Source: Candidatus Falkowbacteria bacterium
Lineage (GTDB): Bacteria > Patescibacteriota > Patescibacteriia > UBA11705
DNA length: 64,000 nucleotides
Direction: 5' to 3'
NCBI GenBank assembly: GCA_003518055.1
Contig: DOZJ01000003.1
Span: forward strand, 2,046-66,045
The notes under the pieces were generated by a model. The model did not search any database, was not told the origin of the DNA, and saw only the letters and a list, made by a program, of their open reading frames with translations. Below, piece after piece: positions 18,495 to 29,600 of this stretch. How positions within the stretch are numbered: the stretch's first letter is position 1; the number at the start of each line of letters is the position of its first letter. The translations under genes and the position numbers were made by a program.

Positions 18495-18835
18495 TCGTGT
18501 TGGTGGGGTAACAATAACTACCGAAGTTTGGCGGTCGGATGTTGGTTTTTTACAAAAATTAGACAGGGGTAACTGGAATGGCGGAAGTAAAGAGTAAAGA
18601 GCGAATAATAAAAATGGCGTAACTGTAACTACGGAATTAACTGTAACTACGGAAGTTTGGCAAGTCGGTTGGGTTTTTTACAAAAGTATGGCAGCAACAA
18701 TAACTACCCACCTACGCTCTTACTGTGTAGAAAGCTACGGCGCCTGCCTGCCGGTAGGCAGGGGCGCGGCGGAAGTTTGGCGGATGGGGAGGCAAAAGTT
18801 TGGCTATAACAATGAAAGTTTGATGATTTTTTGTA
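18495..18835. repeat. Intergenic repeat cluster (GTAACTGTAACTACGGAAGTTTGGC family). Includes a ~130-nt unit duplicated at 45376-45505
   Basis: Multiple copies of (G)TAACTGTAACTACGGAA(G/T)T, TTTTTACAAAA and GGAAGTTTGGCGG. Positions 18651-18728 are identical over 78 nt to 45376-45453. GC hairpin at CCTGCCTGCCGGTAGGCAGG. Confidence 0.85.
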
Positions 18836-18838
18836 TAT

Positions 18839-19657
18839 ATGAGTCAATTTATCAAAAAAGATTATAAAAATTTGGAGCTGGCCAACCCGCGCAAGATTAA
18901 GGAGGCCGGCCAAAAGAAAAAACAGCTGCTCAAAGCGGTTGGCTGGGTTGGTGTCGCGGGGGTGATTTTGTTGGTGTATTGGTTGTTTTTTTCACCGCAA
19001 TTCAAAATTCAGGAAATAAACATTGGCGGCATAAACAAGATTAGTCGAGATAAGTTTGACAAGATCGTGAACGATTACCGGTATAGCCTCAAATGGTTGA
19101 TATTTTCTCGAAATAACACGCTGATTTTTTCCGAGGCCGGATTGAAGCAGCGGGTCGGTCAGAGTTATTTGCTCGAGAATATCGAGGTGGAAAAGGATTT
19201 TCCGGCTTATGTGGAAATCTGGGTCGAAGAAAAGGATTCAAATATTGTTTGGCTAACCGGTTCAATGTGTTTCAATCTCGATCAAGACGGGATGGCGATT
19301 GAAAATTGTGAAAGTGCGGTTAGAGCTAATATTATTCGAATCAAGGATGATGCGGATAACCCGGTGGCGGTGGGGAAGGGAACGGTTTCTCCAGCTACTT
19401 TGGCTCAAATGATAAAAATTCAGGAGCTGTTGGCTGGGATTGTTAAACCCGATATATTTTATTATCATGTTGATGGGCCATATTCGGTTCGAGTGACAAC
19501 CGAGCAAAATTATGAAGTCTATTTTAATCTTGAAGAGGGGATAGAGCTTCAAGTTGAACGGTTGCGGCTGCTTTTGGCTCAGGAAGAAATACAACAAAAG
19601 TTGCCGCAAATAAAGTACTTTGATTTGCGTTTTGGTGAGAAAATTTATTATCAGTAA
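18839..19657 (+). CDS. ftsQ: FtsQ/DivIB-like cell division protein (POTRA domain)
   Basis: Short cytoplasmic tail, one TM helix, then a POTRA-like start (FKIQEINIGGINKISRDKF). Confidence 0.65.
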   Translation: MSQFIKKDYKNLELANPRKIKEAGQKKKQLLKAVGWVGVAGVILLVYWLFFSPQFKIQEINIGGINKISRDKFDKIVNDYRYSLKWLIFSRNNTLIFSEAGLKQRVGQSYLLENIEVEKDFPAYVEIWVEEKDSNIVWLTGSMCFNLDQDGMAIENCESAVRANIIRIKDDADNPVAVGKGTVSPATLAQMIKIQELLAGIVKPDIFYYHVDGPYSVRVTTEQNYEVYFNLEEGIELQVERLRLLLAQEEIQQKLPQIKYFDLRFGEKIYYQ

Positions 19658-19721
19658 TAATTGACAGGTGGTCGTATATTTGTTAAGCTCTTTTGTCCAT
19701 CAACCAAGAGGAGGCGCGGGA

Positions 19722-20201
19722 ATGAAAAGCTCTTTCAAGAAGAGACTGCATATTTTTTTGAGTGAACACACCGACGTTAGGTGCCGGGTTAGAAAAATTT
19801 GGATTATTCATTGCTGTGTTGGAATAATTTGTTTTATTGTCACGGCCGCCCTATTATTGAAACGTTTGGACGAGCCGACGTTTTCAAGCGATGATCCCAA
19901 GGAATTATTTTTGATGGTGATGATGGGTGTTTACGTGGTATACGCGCTTTTGACGTTTATCCTTGCTTTGGTGAGGCGTGAATACACGATTGATCATAAT
20001 CTTGATTTTTCTTTGGTCGATAAGGATGATAATTTTGTTAGCATTAGAAATAATAAGGGACATGAATTGCACATTCCGCGGACGGCGGTGGTTCAAGAGA
20101 ATAATTCTCGATTATCAGAATCATATCTACGGATTTGGTCAGGGGATATTTATGCCAATACTCCGAAGTTATTTATCAAAGACGAGTCGAGTCAAAGGTG
20201 A
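19722..20201 (+). CDS. Hypothetical membrane protein (159 aa)
   Basis: ATG at 19722 follows AAGAGGAGG. Two TM helices. Hairpin terminator at 20251-20277 (AATCACG/CGTGATT + T-run). Confidence 0.5.
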   Translation: MKSSFKKRLHIFLSEHTDVRCRVRKIWIIHCCVGIICFIVTAALLLKRLDEPTFSSDDPKELFLMVMMGVYVVYALLTFILALVRREYTIDHNLDFSLVDKDDNFVSIRNNKGHELHIPRTAVVQENNSRLSESYLRIWSGDIYANTPKLFIKDESSQR

Positions 20202-21050
20202 TTCTCGATGTGTTTGTTTAAGGATTATGAACCGATGATTGGGTTTATGTAATCACGTTTAATGAGCGTGATTTTTTGTCCTCTATTTTACTCCACTATT
20301 ATTTTACGACACATGATTATTTTAAAGTTAATTTTGAGTGGGAGATGAGTGAAGTTGTGATGAACTAATGAACTAATAATACAAAGAGGGGGAGAAGAGT
20401 ATATTCGAAATAAATAAATTTATCTTTGTTAAATTTAAAATTTAGAATTTTTTTGTGGATAACTCATTTAGACTTTTTATCATTTATTTTGTTGTTGAAT
20501 GTGGTTGTTCTGTACTGATATTAGATAAAATAAGGCTCAAAATCGCGCTATAACGCTTGATTCTCCGCGGTTGATGGTTTGTTACCATAAAATAATAATA
20601 AATATTGATGTATAGTTACGTAATAGCACGTATTTTATAGTTAATTTTGAACGCGACACCCCCCTGATATTTTGGCTAGAATTACAATAAAAATGACCCT
20701 CAAAATTGAGTTGTGTGAGGCGATTCATTTCTTTGTGACTAAGTACATGCGGATAGTATGGAATAAAGTGGAATATAACCATTTGATCGAAAATGAGGTG
20801 TAGTGTCGTAAAAGATATATTTGGCGACACTACATCCGATGTGATTTACTGGCAGCGCGGTGCTGGAATTAGTTGAGCCTCACCGAGTAAATTTGATGAG
20901 GTTGAATGCGGTGCATATGTTTCGTCCCCCATTCTTTCGATTTCAGCGGCGTCTAAAATTTACAGAATTGCAATAGATTATATTTATCAACAGTTCCCCG
21001 TGACGCTATTGGTTATAAGTGTTATAATATAGGTGAAAAAAAACAAAAAT

Positions 21051-23210
21051 ATGCCAAAAATAAATAGTTCAACTTTACGGAAAAGGAAAAAAATCGCAAT
21101 AGCGTCACTTCTATTGTTTTTTGTAGTTTTTGCGAGCGCAGCTTGGATTTTTTTACCCAATGATCCGGCTGAGGCCGCGGCTACAGATATTTTAATCAGT
21201 GAAGTAAGAGTTTCACCAGCTCAAGTTAGCCCAAATTTACAGCCAAATCCATCATACGAAACATGGACATCATCCAGTCAGCTAGAGCCATGGTATGATA
21301 TGAATGAAGATGAGGTCGCGGATGTTGATGAATATTGTGATTTTGACAGCAGTGGAACCAGAAATTCCTATGATAAGGAAATTTTTTCCGGAGGATCAAT
21401 TACGTTAACCCCGCTCGACAAAGATTGTGGTTCCGTCACTGAGGAAACGACAGATGTTTATCACGGAACGTCTGCGGTAAAGATTGTTACCGGTGATAAT
21501 GAGATTGCGACGGTTAAATTTGCTGACGGCTCAAGAACGGATATTGAAGCTGCCACACAATACACTGTGTCTTTTTATGCCAAAGGAAGTATTGGAAATG
21601 AAAGTATATATTTAAAACTTGATCATTTTGATGTCGGGTTTGTGGAACACACGTGGGATTTTGATCTGGAAACATTTGGTGTTAATGATACAATACCAGC
21701 ATCCAGCTCTATGGTTCGCGAATCTATTTTGACCACATCCTGGACGAGATACTCTTATACATTCACCACTGGTGATGAAGCTGGTTTTTTAGATGTTCAA
21801 ATTATATCAGGAGGAACAGGTATAATGTTTGACGGAAGCGCTGATCAATCAAATCAAACATTTTATATTGATGCTCTTCAGGTTGAGGCTGCAGCGTCGG
21901 CTACCAGTTTTATGTCGGCTGACGTGACAAGCGCGACTTTTTTTGAGCTATATAATCCAACAGCCGCGGCGATTGATCTGAATAATTACAATCTGGAATA
22001 TAAATTTGATGCCAATGAATGGGCTGATTTGGCGGTGGTCTCGGAGGCAACCAGTTTGGCGGCCGGTAAACATTATTTGATTAAGGCGTCCGGTGGTGAT
22101 AAAGTGATCGCAAATGAGGCGACATTTAATAGCGCGTATACCACCAACTCAATCACAATCAGCGGAATGGCGCTTCGTGTGTGTTCGAATTCAGCAGATT
22201 GCGCGTCGACCATCAAGGATACAGTTGGACTCGGTGATGCCACGGTTTACGAAGGTACGGCTATGAGCACCACCGGCTGGAATACAGCGAAAAGTTTTGA
22301 GCGTAAAGCCTACTCAACGTCAACGTCCGTGACCATGGCGTCTGGCGGTGCGGATGAGGTGGCCGGCAACGGCTATGATTCCGAGGTAAACAATAGCGAT
22401 TTTGTGTTATTGACTACCCCTGTCCCCCAAGCGATGGCAGCGACGGCGGAAATTTATGTGGCGCCCGTAACAGGCGGCAGCGCGTCAAGCCAGCGAGCGG
22501 CGCAGGAAAATTATGATATTTTATTAGGATTAGACTTGGATGATTCAGGGGCTGAAGACACGGGAGAGGTCCCTCCTGATGATACTACTATTACTGAGGA
22601 AGAATTATTGATTGAAGAAGATAATGTTGAACCGGATGATCAGACGGATGGATCTGATACTGAGGTGATTGAGGAATCGCCGGAAGAATCATTGATACCC
22701 GAATCACCGGTAGAAAAAAATATTATCATGGAACTTGAGGCCTTGAAGGATTTTATCGCAATTAACGGCGTATTACCAAATGCGGATGATTGGGCCGTAA
22801 TTCATTTTTTGAGCTATGATTCATCCGGATTTGAAGGTGTGTCTCTAAATGATCGAGTCGGGTTGATTGAAGACTATTATGATTTATACGGAAGAATGCC
22901 GAATGACGAGGCTGACTGGGAGGTTGTCTTGTCCATGTCAACCGGTGAGAAAACTGAAGTTAAGATTAATGAATTTGAAATCCGAGCGTTGAAAGAATTT
23001 ATCAGCGTCTATGGCCGGTTGGTTGATTTTAGCGTGCCGCAGGAAGAGCGATTTGTCCACATGGTCGCCTATCATCTGAGGCCGATGGAAAGAAATTTGG
23101 TTTTGGAGAATGCCGCGTTGATAAAATTTGTAACGACATACAATCAGATACCGGATACGCCACTTTTATGGTCAGTACTGAGAGCAATTGCTTATGCCGG
23201 CGTTGAATAA
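21051..23210 (+). CDS. Secreted/anchored lamin-tail-domain (LTD) protein with an inserted jelly-roll-like domain and a conserved C-terminal repeat module
   Basis: N-terminal signal/TM. LTD signature is split (DILISEV ... FFELYNPTAAAIDLNNYNL ... SFERK ... GNGYDSEVNNSDF). An acidic linker precedes a C-terminal ~175 aa homologous to the C-terminus of the 2317-aa neighbour. I prefer the ATG at 21051 because TATAAT sits at 21023-21028. The track start is GTG at 21033. Confidence 0.8.
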   Translation: MPKINSSTLRKRKKIAIASLLLFFVVFASAAWIFLPNDPAEAAATDILISEVRVSPAQVSPNLQPNPSYETWTSSSQLEPWYDMNEDEVADVDEYCDFDSSGTRNSYDKEIFSGGSITLTPLDKDCGSVTEETTDVYHGTSAVKIVTGDNEIATVKFADGSRTDIEAATQYTVSFYAKGSIGNESIYLKLDHFDVGFVEHTWDFDLETFGVNDTIPASSSMVRESILTTSWTRYSYTFTTGDEAGFLDVQIISGGTGIMFDGSADQSNQTFYIDALQVEAAASATSFMSADVTSATFFELYNPTAAAIDLNNYNLEYKFDANEWADLAVVSEATSLAAGKHYLIKASGGDKVIANEATFNSAYTTNSITISGMALRVCSNSADCASTIKDTVGLGDATVYEGTAMSTTGWNTAKSFERKAYSTSTSVTMASGGADEVAGNGYDSEVNNSDFVLLTTPVPQAMAATAEIYVAPVTGGSASSQRAAQENYDILLGLDLDDSGAEDTGEVPPDDTTITEEELLIEEDNVEPDDQTDGSDTEVIEESPEESLIPESPVEKNIIMELEALKDFIAINGVLPNADDWAVIHFLSYDSSGFEGVSLNDRVGLIEDYYDLYGRMPNDEADWEVVLSMSTGEKTEVKINEFEIRALKEFISVYGRLVDFSVPQEERFVHMVAYHLRPMERNLVLENAALIKFVTTYNQIPDTPLLWSVLRAIAYAGVE

Positions 23211-23224
23211 AAATTTACAAAAAT

Positions 23225-23249
23225 AAAAAGGGGCTCACTCCCCTTTTTT
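23225..23249 (+). terminator. Rho-independent terminator after the first LTD gene
   Basis: AAAAAGGGG-ctcact-CCCCTTTTTT. Confidence 0.7.
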
Positions 23250-23304
23250 GATATGTTTATTCGCGTTATTGTCAATTAAACTATATGACAGCAAAGAATA
23301 ATAA

Positions 23305-23513
23305 TTAAACTCGGAAATATTGGCTGGAATATTGGTCTTTTTTTATTTTAGCGATGTTTTTATCCACTTGATGATAAAACGCCGGATAATGCTGCCTGAC
23401 AATCATGCGGCCGCGGTATTTTTGATAATATGGCGGTTTTTGGATGTGGGCAATTTCATGAGCGAGGGTTCTGAGTAAAGAATTGATGCTTTTTGGTTTG
23501 TTAAATATAATTT
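23305..23513 (-). pseudogene. Truncated 3' fragment of the HExxH (SprT/DUF45-like) gene found intact at 31002..31400
   Basis: About 190 nt (roughly 23312-23500) are near-identical to 31010-31200. The minus-strand frame reads ...NKPKSINSLLRTLAHEIAHIQKPPYYQKYRGRMIVRQHYPAFYHQVDKNIAKIKKDQYSSQYFRV*. There is a stop and no start codon upstream. Confidence 0.7.
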
Positions 23514-23693
23514 TTTCGTTTTATTTATCCACACATTTAGACTGTGATCAATAAAAGTGCTATAATAAATGCATAAACTAATATGGTATATTTTCATAAA
23601 GCTGAACCAGTTAATTGTGACAAAAGATAACCAATCAAAGGGTGTGTGTCACTCTATGATTTTTGTTAAAGATAACAGTTTTTATATAAATAA

Positions 23694-26600
23694 ATGATTC
23701 ATATGAAAAAAACAAACAGGCGATCGCGTTCGAATCATAATTTGTTGATCGCGTTTTTAATGGTTTTTATTCTTGGCACAACAGGGTATCTAACTTTGAT
23801 AAAACCTTTGGCGGTTAAAGCCGGGACATCGCCGCTTCTTATCAGTGAGGTGAAGTTTACGGGTGAAGTTGGCGGGAATTATGTTGAATTGTATAACCGC
23901 TCTGGCAGTGCCCTGTCAACGGAAGAAAATGTAGGCGTTCAATACAAGTTTCCCAGCGGCGAGTGGACTAATTTACACGTGGCATTCAGTAATGAATCAA
24001 TCCCAGCCAGTGGATTTGTTTTGTTTGGAACAGCGGGCGGTGACTTAGCTTTTGCCGATGAGGCCGCGTTTAATACCGCTATGGCCGCGAATAATAATTC
24101 CATTAACGGACTTAGTTTACGTTTGTGCGCTATATTAAGCAGTTGTGTCGATGGTAATTTGCTTGATGTCGTGGGTTTTGGTTCAAGCTCCACCACTGAA
24201 GGAACCGCAATCAGCCTCACAGATTGGGACCCGAGCAAAAGTTTTGAACGTAAGGCGATTTTTGATTCGACGGTTGGCGCTATGATTGCCGGTGGCGAGG
24301 ATGAAACGGCCGGAAATGGTTTTGATTCCGATGATAATAATTGGGATTTTGTGATGCAATCGACGGGCAATCCGCAAAATTTATCCAGCGCGGTTGAATC
24401 TTTGGATAACGCGGTATTTGAAGATGTTGTTCCCTTTATAGATCATGGACAGGTTTTCAGTTATCATGATAATGCGGATTTGTATTTGTTTGCCGCCATC
24501 TATGATGATAGTAATATTGCAACCACAGGAGCAAAAATATTTTATCGTGTCGGGACCAGCGGTGTTTTTACACAGGCTGACTCAACCAAAACCGTTGGGG
24601 CGTATGATCTGACAGGGTCTGCCTGGTATGCTTTTGTTATTCCCCAAGCAAGTTTGCAAAGCGCTGTTTCCGGGGGCGGAGTAGTCCAGTATTATCTTCA
24701 GGTGACCGATGGCGAAAATACAGCAACAATGCCGGATTACAATCCCAGCACCACGCCATTTAATATTGGCGTGACGGATGACTATGCCGGAGTTAAGTCA
24801 TTTTCCGGGGTGATAACCGATAGTCAGTTGAATTTTGTAAGGGCTTTGGTGCTTATAGAGAATTCAGGGTTTTATGCTGTTTCAAGCGCTGAGAATGGGG
24901 CTTACAGTTTCAGCAGTTTGCCAACTTCATATGAACCTGATGGGGCTTATCGGGTGATAATGGTGGCGCCAAATTATAGCTCTGCAATGGTAAGCGGCAT
25001 GAATGGATCTACGACTGTGAACGCGCAACTGCCGTTGTCATATGGGGATTTCGGTGGCGGAGACTTTGTTGGTCCTTATGTCAACTATACCGCTCCGAAC
25101 GCGGAAATGTTTGGAGCCCCGGTGGCGATATGTAATTTAAATACATCCCCGGAATCTCTGCCTGCCGGAGTAAATTTTTGTTCACCTATAATGGTCGGTT
25201 TTTCTGAAGCAATGAATAGCGGTACGGTTAATACGACAAATGTGAAACTGTACAATTTTACGACCAGCGCTTATGTTGACAATTTAGGGATAACAGCTAC
25301 AGCCCAAGATAATGAGTTTCAGGTTTTTTCCACCACTCCCCTGTCCGTCAATACGACATACGCTTTGATTTTAACCACGGATGTTCGAGATCAAGCGGGA
25401 AATGCTTTGGTGGGAAATCGAAGTGACGGTAGTTATGAAATTACTTTTACGACGGGAGGGGCGGCTTTTACCGGTGGTGGTGGTCAAACCTTCGGTTCCG
25501 GTCAGTTCCAGCCACCGTTTGTGCGAACGGTCAGTCCGAATTCAGGATCTTTTAATATCGCCATGAACGCCAATGTGTTGGTTGATTTTACGACGGCCGT
25601 AAACGTTGAAAGCGCCAACTTGGCTCGGGTTAATTTGGTCGATTTGGATTCGTCTGAGGTTGTGAGCTTGACTCGCACCTACAGCAACGATAAAACAAAA
25701 ATTATTTTAAATCCGAATTCAACTTTATCAGCTAATCAAGACTATGAAATTCGAGTTGCGGGCTCTTTTGAAAGTAGTGTCGGAGTGACGTTGGGAGATC
25801 CGCAAAACAGTCAGAATACGGATGACTACGTTTTCTTCCGCTCGTCGTTTACCACCGGTTCAACTTTAGATTCAACCGGACCGAGAGTTTTGGGCACGCT
25901 TCCGGCATCAGCTCAGACTGATGTGGCTGTGGGTTTGGGTTCGATTGAGATTGGCGTAAGCGAATCTCTTGATGCGGCGACAGTTAATACGTCAAATGTC
26001 ACCTTTAAACGAGGGAGCACGAATATTGCCGCCGATATCGAGTACGATGAAGCGTCTAAAACAATTCGATTGTTCCCTTCCAGCGCGTTGACGGCCAATG
26101 CCAGTCATACTGTAGCCGTCAAAACCGATGTGACTGATATCAATGGCAATGCTTTTAACAGTGATAATGACGGTACAAATGGTGAAGTTGATGATATTTA
26201 TACTTTTCAATTCACGACTTCCAGTACAATTGAAACAACCGCTCCGACGGTAACGAATGTCCGGTGCGATGATTATCAGTGTGTCGTGACATACAGTGAA
26301 GCGATGAATCGAGTGACAGTGACAGATACAACCGATTGGGTTGATAGTGTGGGAAAATGGGAAACCAGCGTCTTGAATAGGCTTAATTATAGTATTTCCG
26401 TTGATAAAGGGGCTGGATTGGCTACCGTGGACATAACAGAAGCGACTTTTAAATATGATGGTAATACCAATAGCGTAATTATATCCAATTTAAGGTTATA
26501 TGAAGATGTGGTTGATCTTAACAATCCGGTTCCATTAACTTTGTCGGTTTATAATGCGGCCGGCCCGGCTGATGGCGTGAGAGATATTGTCGGAAATGTC

Positions 26601-29600
26601 ATTGCCGCTTCAATCAGTATTAGCGGTACAGTTGAATCTAGCGCTCAAACCCAAGGTTTCATCGGGCCGGGCGCGACCGGGTTTGGCACGTCAGGCGTGA
26701 GCGATTTTGGAATGCATAGCGCGGCTACCATGGGCGAGAAACCAATTGGAGTTTTTCCGATGAATTCACTGGCCGGTGTAACCTCTCGCTATTTTGTTGA
26801 TTTGCCTGTGACCACGGTTATTCCGAACGGTGGAAAAATTGAATTAACATTCCCCAATGGATTTGATATTACAAATGCGGTGATTGATACCAACAGTCCG
26901 ATGAATAATGATATATCTCGCGGTTCTTCCACCATGACTTTGTCTTGCGTGGGAACTCAAGCAACGAGAACCATTACCTGTACGACTACCGGTGCTTCTG
27001 ATGCCAATGATTATTTATCTTTTGAATTAAAAACTATAATTAATAGTTCTATTCCCAAAGATTTCAACACTTCAGGTTATACGGTTGATGTTAAAACCAA
27101 GTCGGCTGATGGTTTGACTCTGTTGGAATCAATGACGACCATGCCGTTTTTCGTCACCGCGGCCGGATCCAATTCTATCACGGTCAAAGTTTATGCCGGC
27201 GGTCAGCTCGATGCCACCACCGGTACGGATGATATTGATGATGTAACCATGAATTTGTTTGTCGGTTCCCCCATGACCGGTCCCATGGATCAAACGATTA
27301 CTTTTACTAACGGCTATGCGACAACAACGATCAGTAATTTACCCGCCGGCGAATACTTTGTCTTTACCGAGCCATCAATGACAATTGGCGCCAACGAATA
27401 TGTCGGGGTGTCACCGGAGCAATTTTCACTAAATAACAACGTTACCAAGTCATTTTCGTTGAGTAAAATGGATAATTCAACGGCGGCGCCGCTGACAGTC
27501 AAGATTACCGGGGCCTTTGGCGAGACTGAAGATATTGATATTTTCGCCGGTAGTTCCAAGGGCTTTGTGGTCAAAACAATCAGTGATATCGGGACCGTAA
27601 CAAATCAGTCTTATACATTATATTTGCCTTACAACAGCGATTGGAGTATCGGTCTCGGGCCGGCAATGCCGAAAGGCGCAATCAGCGGTCAAGTCGCCAT
27701 GCCCGATTGGATGCCGCCGAAAAATAAAATGGTTCGAGTGACCGGCGTGGGCGAGACAGTCGCTTTGACCAATATGGAAACGCAGGCTGATGTTACCAGT
27801 GCTGGAGTCTCATTTACGGTGGCCTCTGCCGATTATCAAATTAACGGTTCGGTGGTTGACGGCAATGATCAAGGAATCGCTAACGCGGAGCTGTGGGCTT
27901 ACCAACCAATGGGTTTTGGCGGCAGCGGTAATAACACTCGAGCGACAACCGGCGGCAACTTCTCATTGAAGGTAGCGGAGTATGGAACGTACAAAGTAGG
28001 CGCCTTTTTACCTGGTATTCCCCAATCACCGGAATTAACATTGGAGGTAAAAGTTAACACCGGCGCCATTGATGGTAACGCCTCAGCGGATGTTTATCTA
28101 AACGGGACATTGATAACCGCTGGTAGTCCGTTTAAAATAAAATTAAGGAAAGCTGATTACACCATATCGGGTAAAGTGACGGATTCCAGCAACAATCCAA
28201 TGCAATACGCGCCGATTTGGGCCGAGGAATCCACCACGAAACAGACGGTTAACGCCATGACCGATTCCAGCGGAAATTATGTGCTTTATGTCGGTAATGG
28301 TACTTGGGTTGTCAGATCGGCGGTGCCTTTCGGTTCCAATATTTGCGGCAGTCTGACTAAAACGGTGACAATTTCCAGCGCATCCAAATCCGGTCAAAAT
28401 TTGCAACCATCATCAAGCACTTGTTACACTTTGAGCGGAACCGTGACTATTGGCGGATCGGTTGTTACCGGCGCCCCGGTGTTTATCGATGAATGGTCAG
28501 GGACGCTGGCGAGCGGTAATCCAATCGGGGTTTTTAGAGACTCGCGAACAGATTCCGCAGGACAATATTCGACACGAATTTCGAACGGCACATATCGCGT
28601 TGGGACTTGGTCAGAGGATTATGGCGAGCGGGCTATTTTAGTCACGGTTAATGGCCAGGATTCAACGGCAAATCATATCACTGTAGAGGTGGCTGATTTA
28701 AAAACATTGACCGTTAATTTTACCGGTGGCGCCAGCGACATGACTGGTTTCATGGAGGTGCGGAACGCCACAAGCACTGAACGCCGCGGTCGTCCGATCA
28801 ATGATTTATCGAATGCTGAAATTATTCAAGTTAGCGCCGGGACTTATAATGTATTTGTTCATATTGACGGTGTGGGTGACTTTAGCCAAAGCAGCGTTGA
28901 TTTAACCGCTAACGCCGTTATTACATTCAATGTGTCATCAGTGACTCGATTTGGCATTACAGGCACGGTCGAGGATGTTGATGGCAATCCGATCGAAAGC
29001 GCTTGGGTTTGGGTTCATGATCCAAATAGCAATTATAGAACAGGAGCAGCGACCAACTCGTCTGGCGCTTATACTTTGAGTGTAAAGGAAGGTTCAGGGA
29101 TGAAAATCGGTGTTGATAAACCGAATTATGTCTCCCCTGCCCCCAGAACATTAAACGTCACTGAAGCGGCTACGATAGATTTTACCGACGCTGAGAATGC
29201 CGCTTTGACCGCGACGAATTATGTGGTTTCTGGTACGGTGACGGGAACGAATTTGACTGAGGGTTTTGTGTGGGCGGAAACCGCTACGGGTGGTTGGTCA
29301 GGTAGTCCGATTGATTTGGACGGAACCTTTTCATTGCCGGTGACAAACGGAACGTGGACACTCAAAGGTATTGCTCCGCTTCACGCGCAAACGACCTATA
29401 GTGGTTCGATAACGATTAATAATGACAGTGTAACCGGTTTAAGCTTTCCTTTGACGGTTGATGTCACGAAGACAGTCAAAACGGCCATAAATTCGATTAC
29501 TCCTTCTGTCGGTGGTGTCATTCAAGACGATACGGTAGGGGCAAAAGTCGTAGTACCACCGAATGCTTTAGGCAGCGGATCGACGTCAGGAAATATGACA

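Noticed and set aside
23403-23597. 64-aa minus-strand ORF upstream of the giant gene
   Set aside because: It reads the duplicated HExxH-gene fragment in the wrong frame and then AT-rich spacer. The homologous frame has no start codon, so the locus is treated as a pseudogene fragment.
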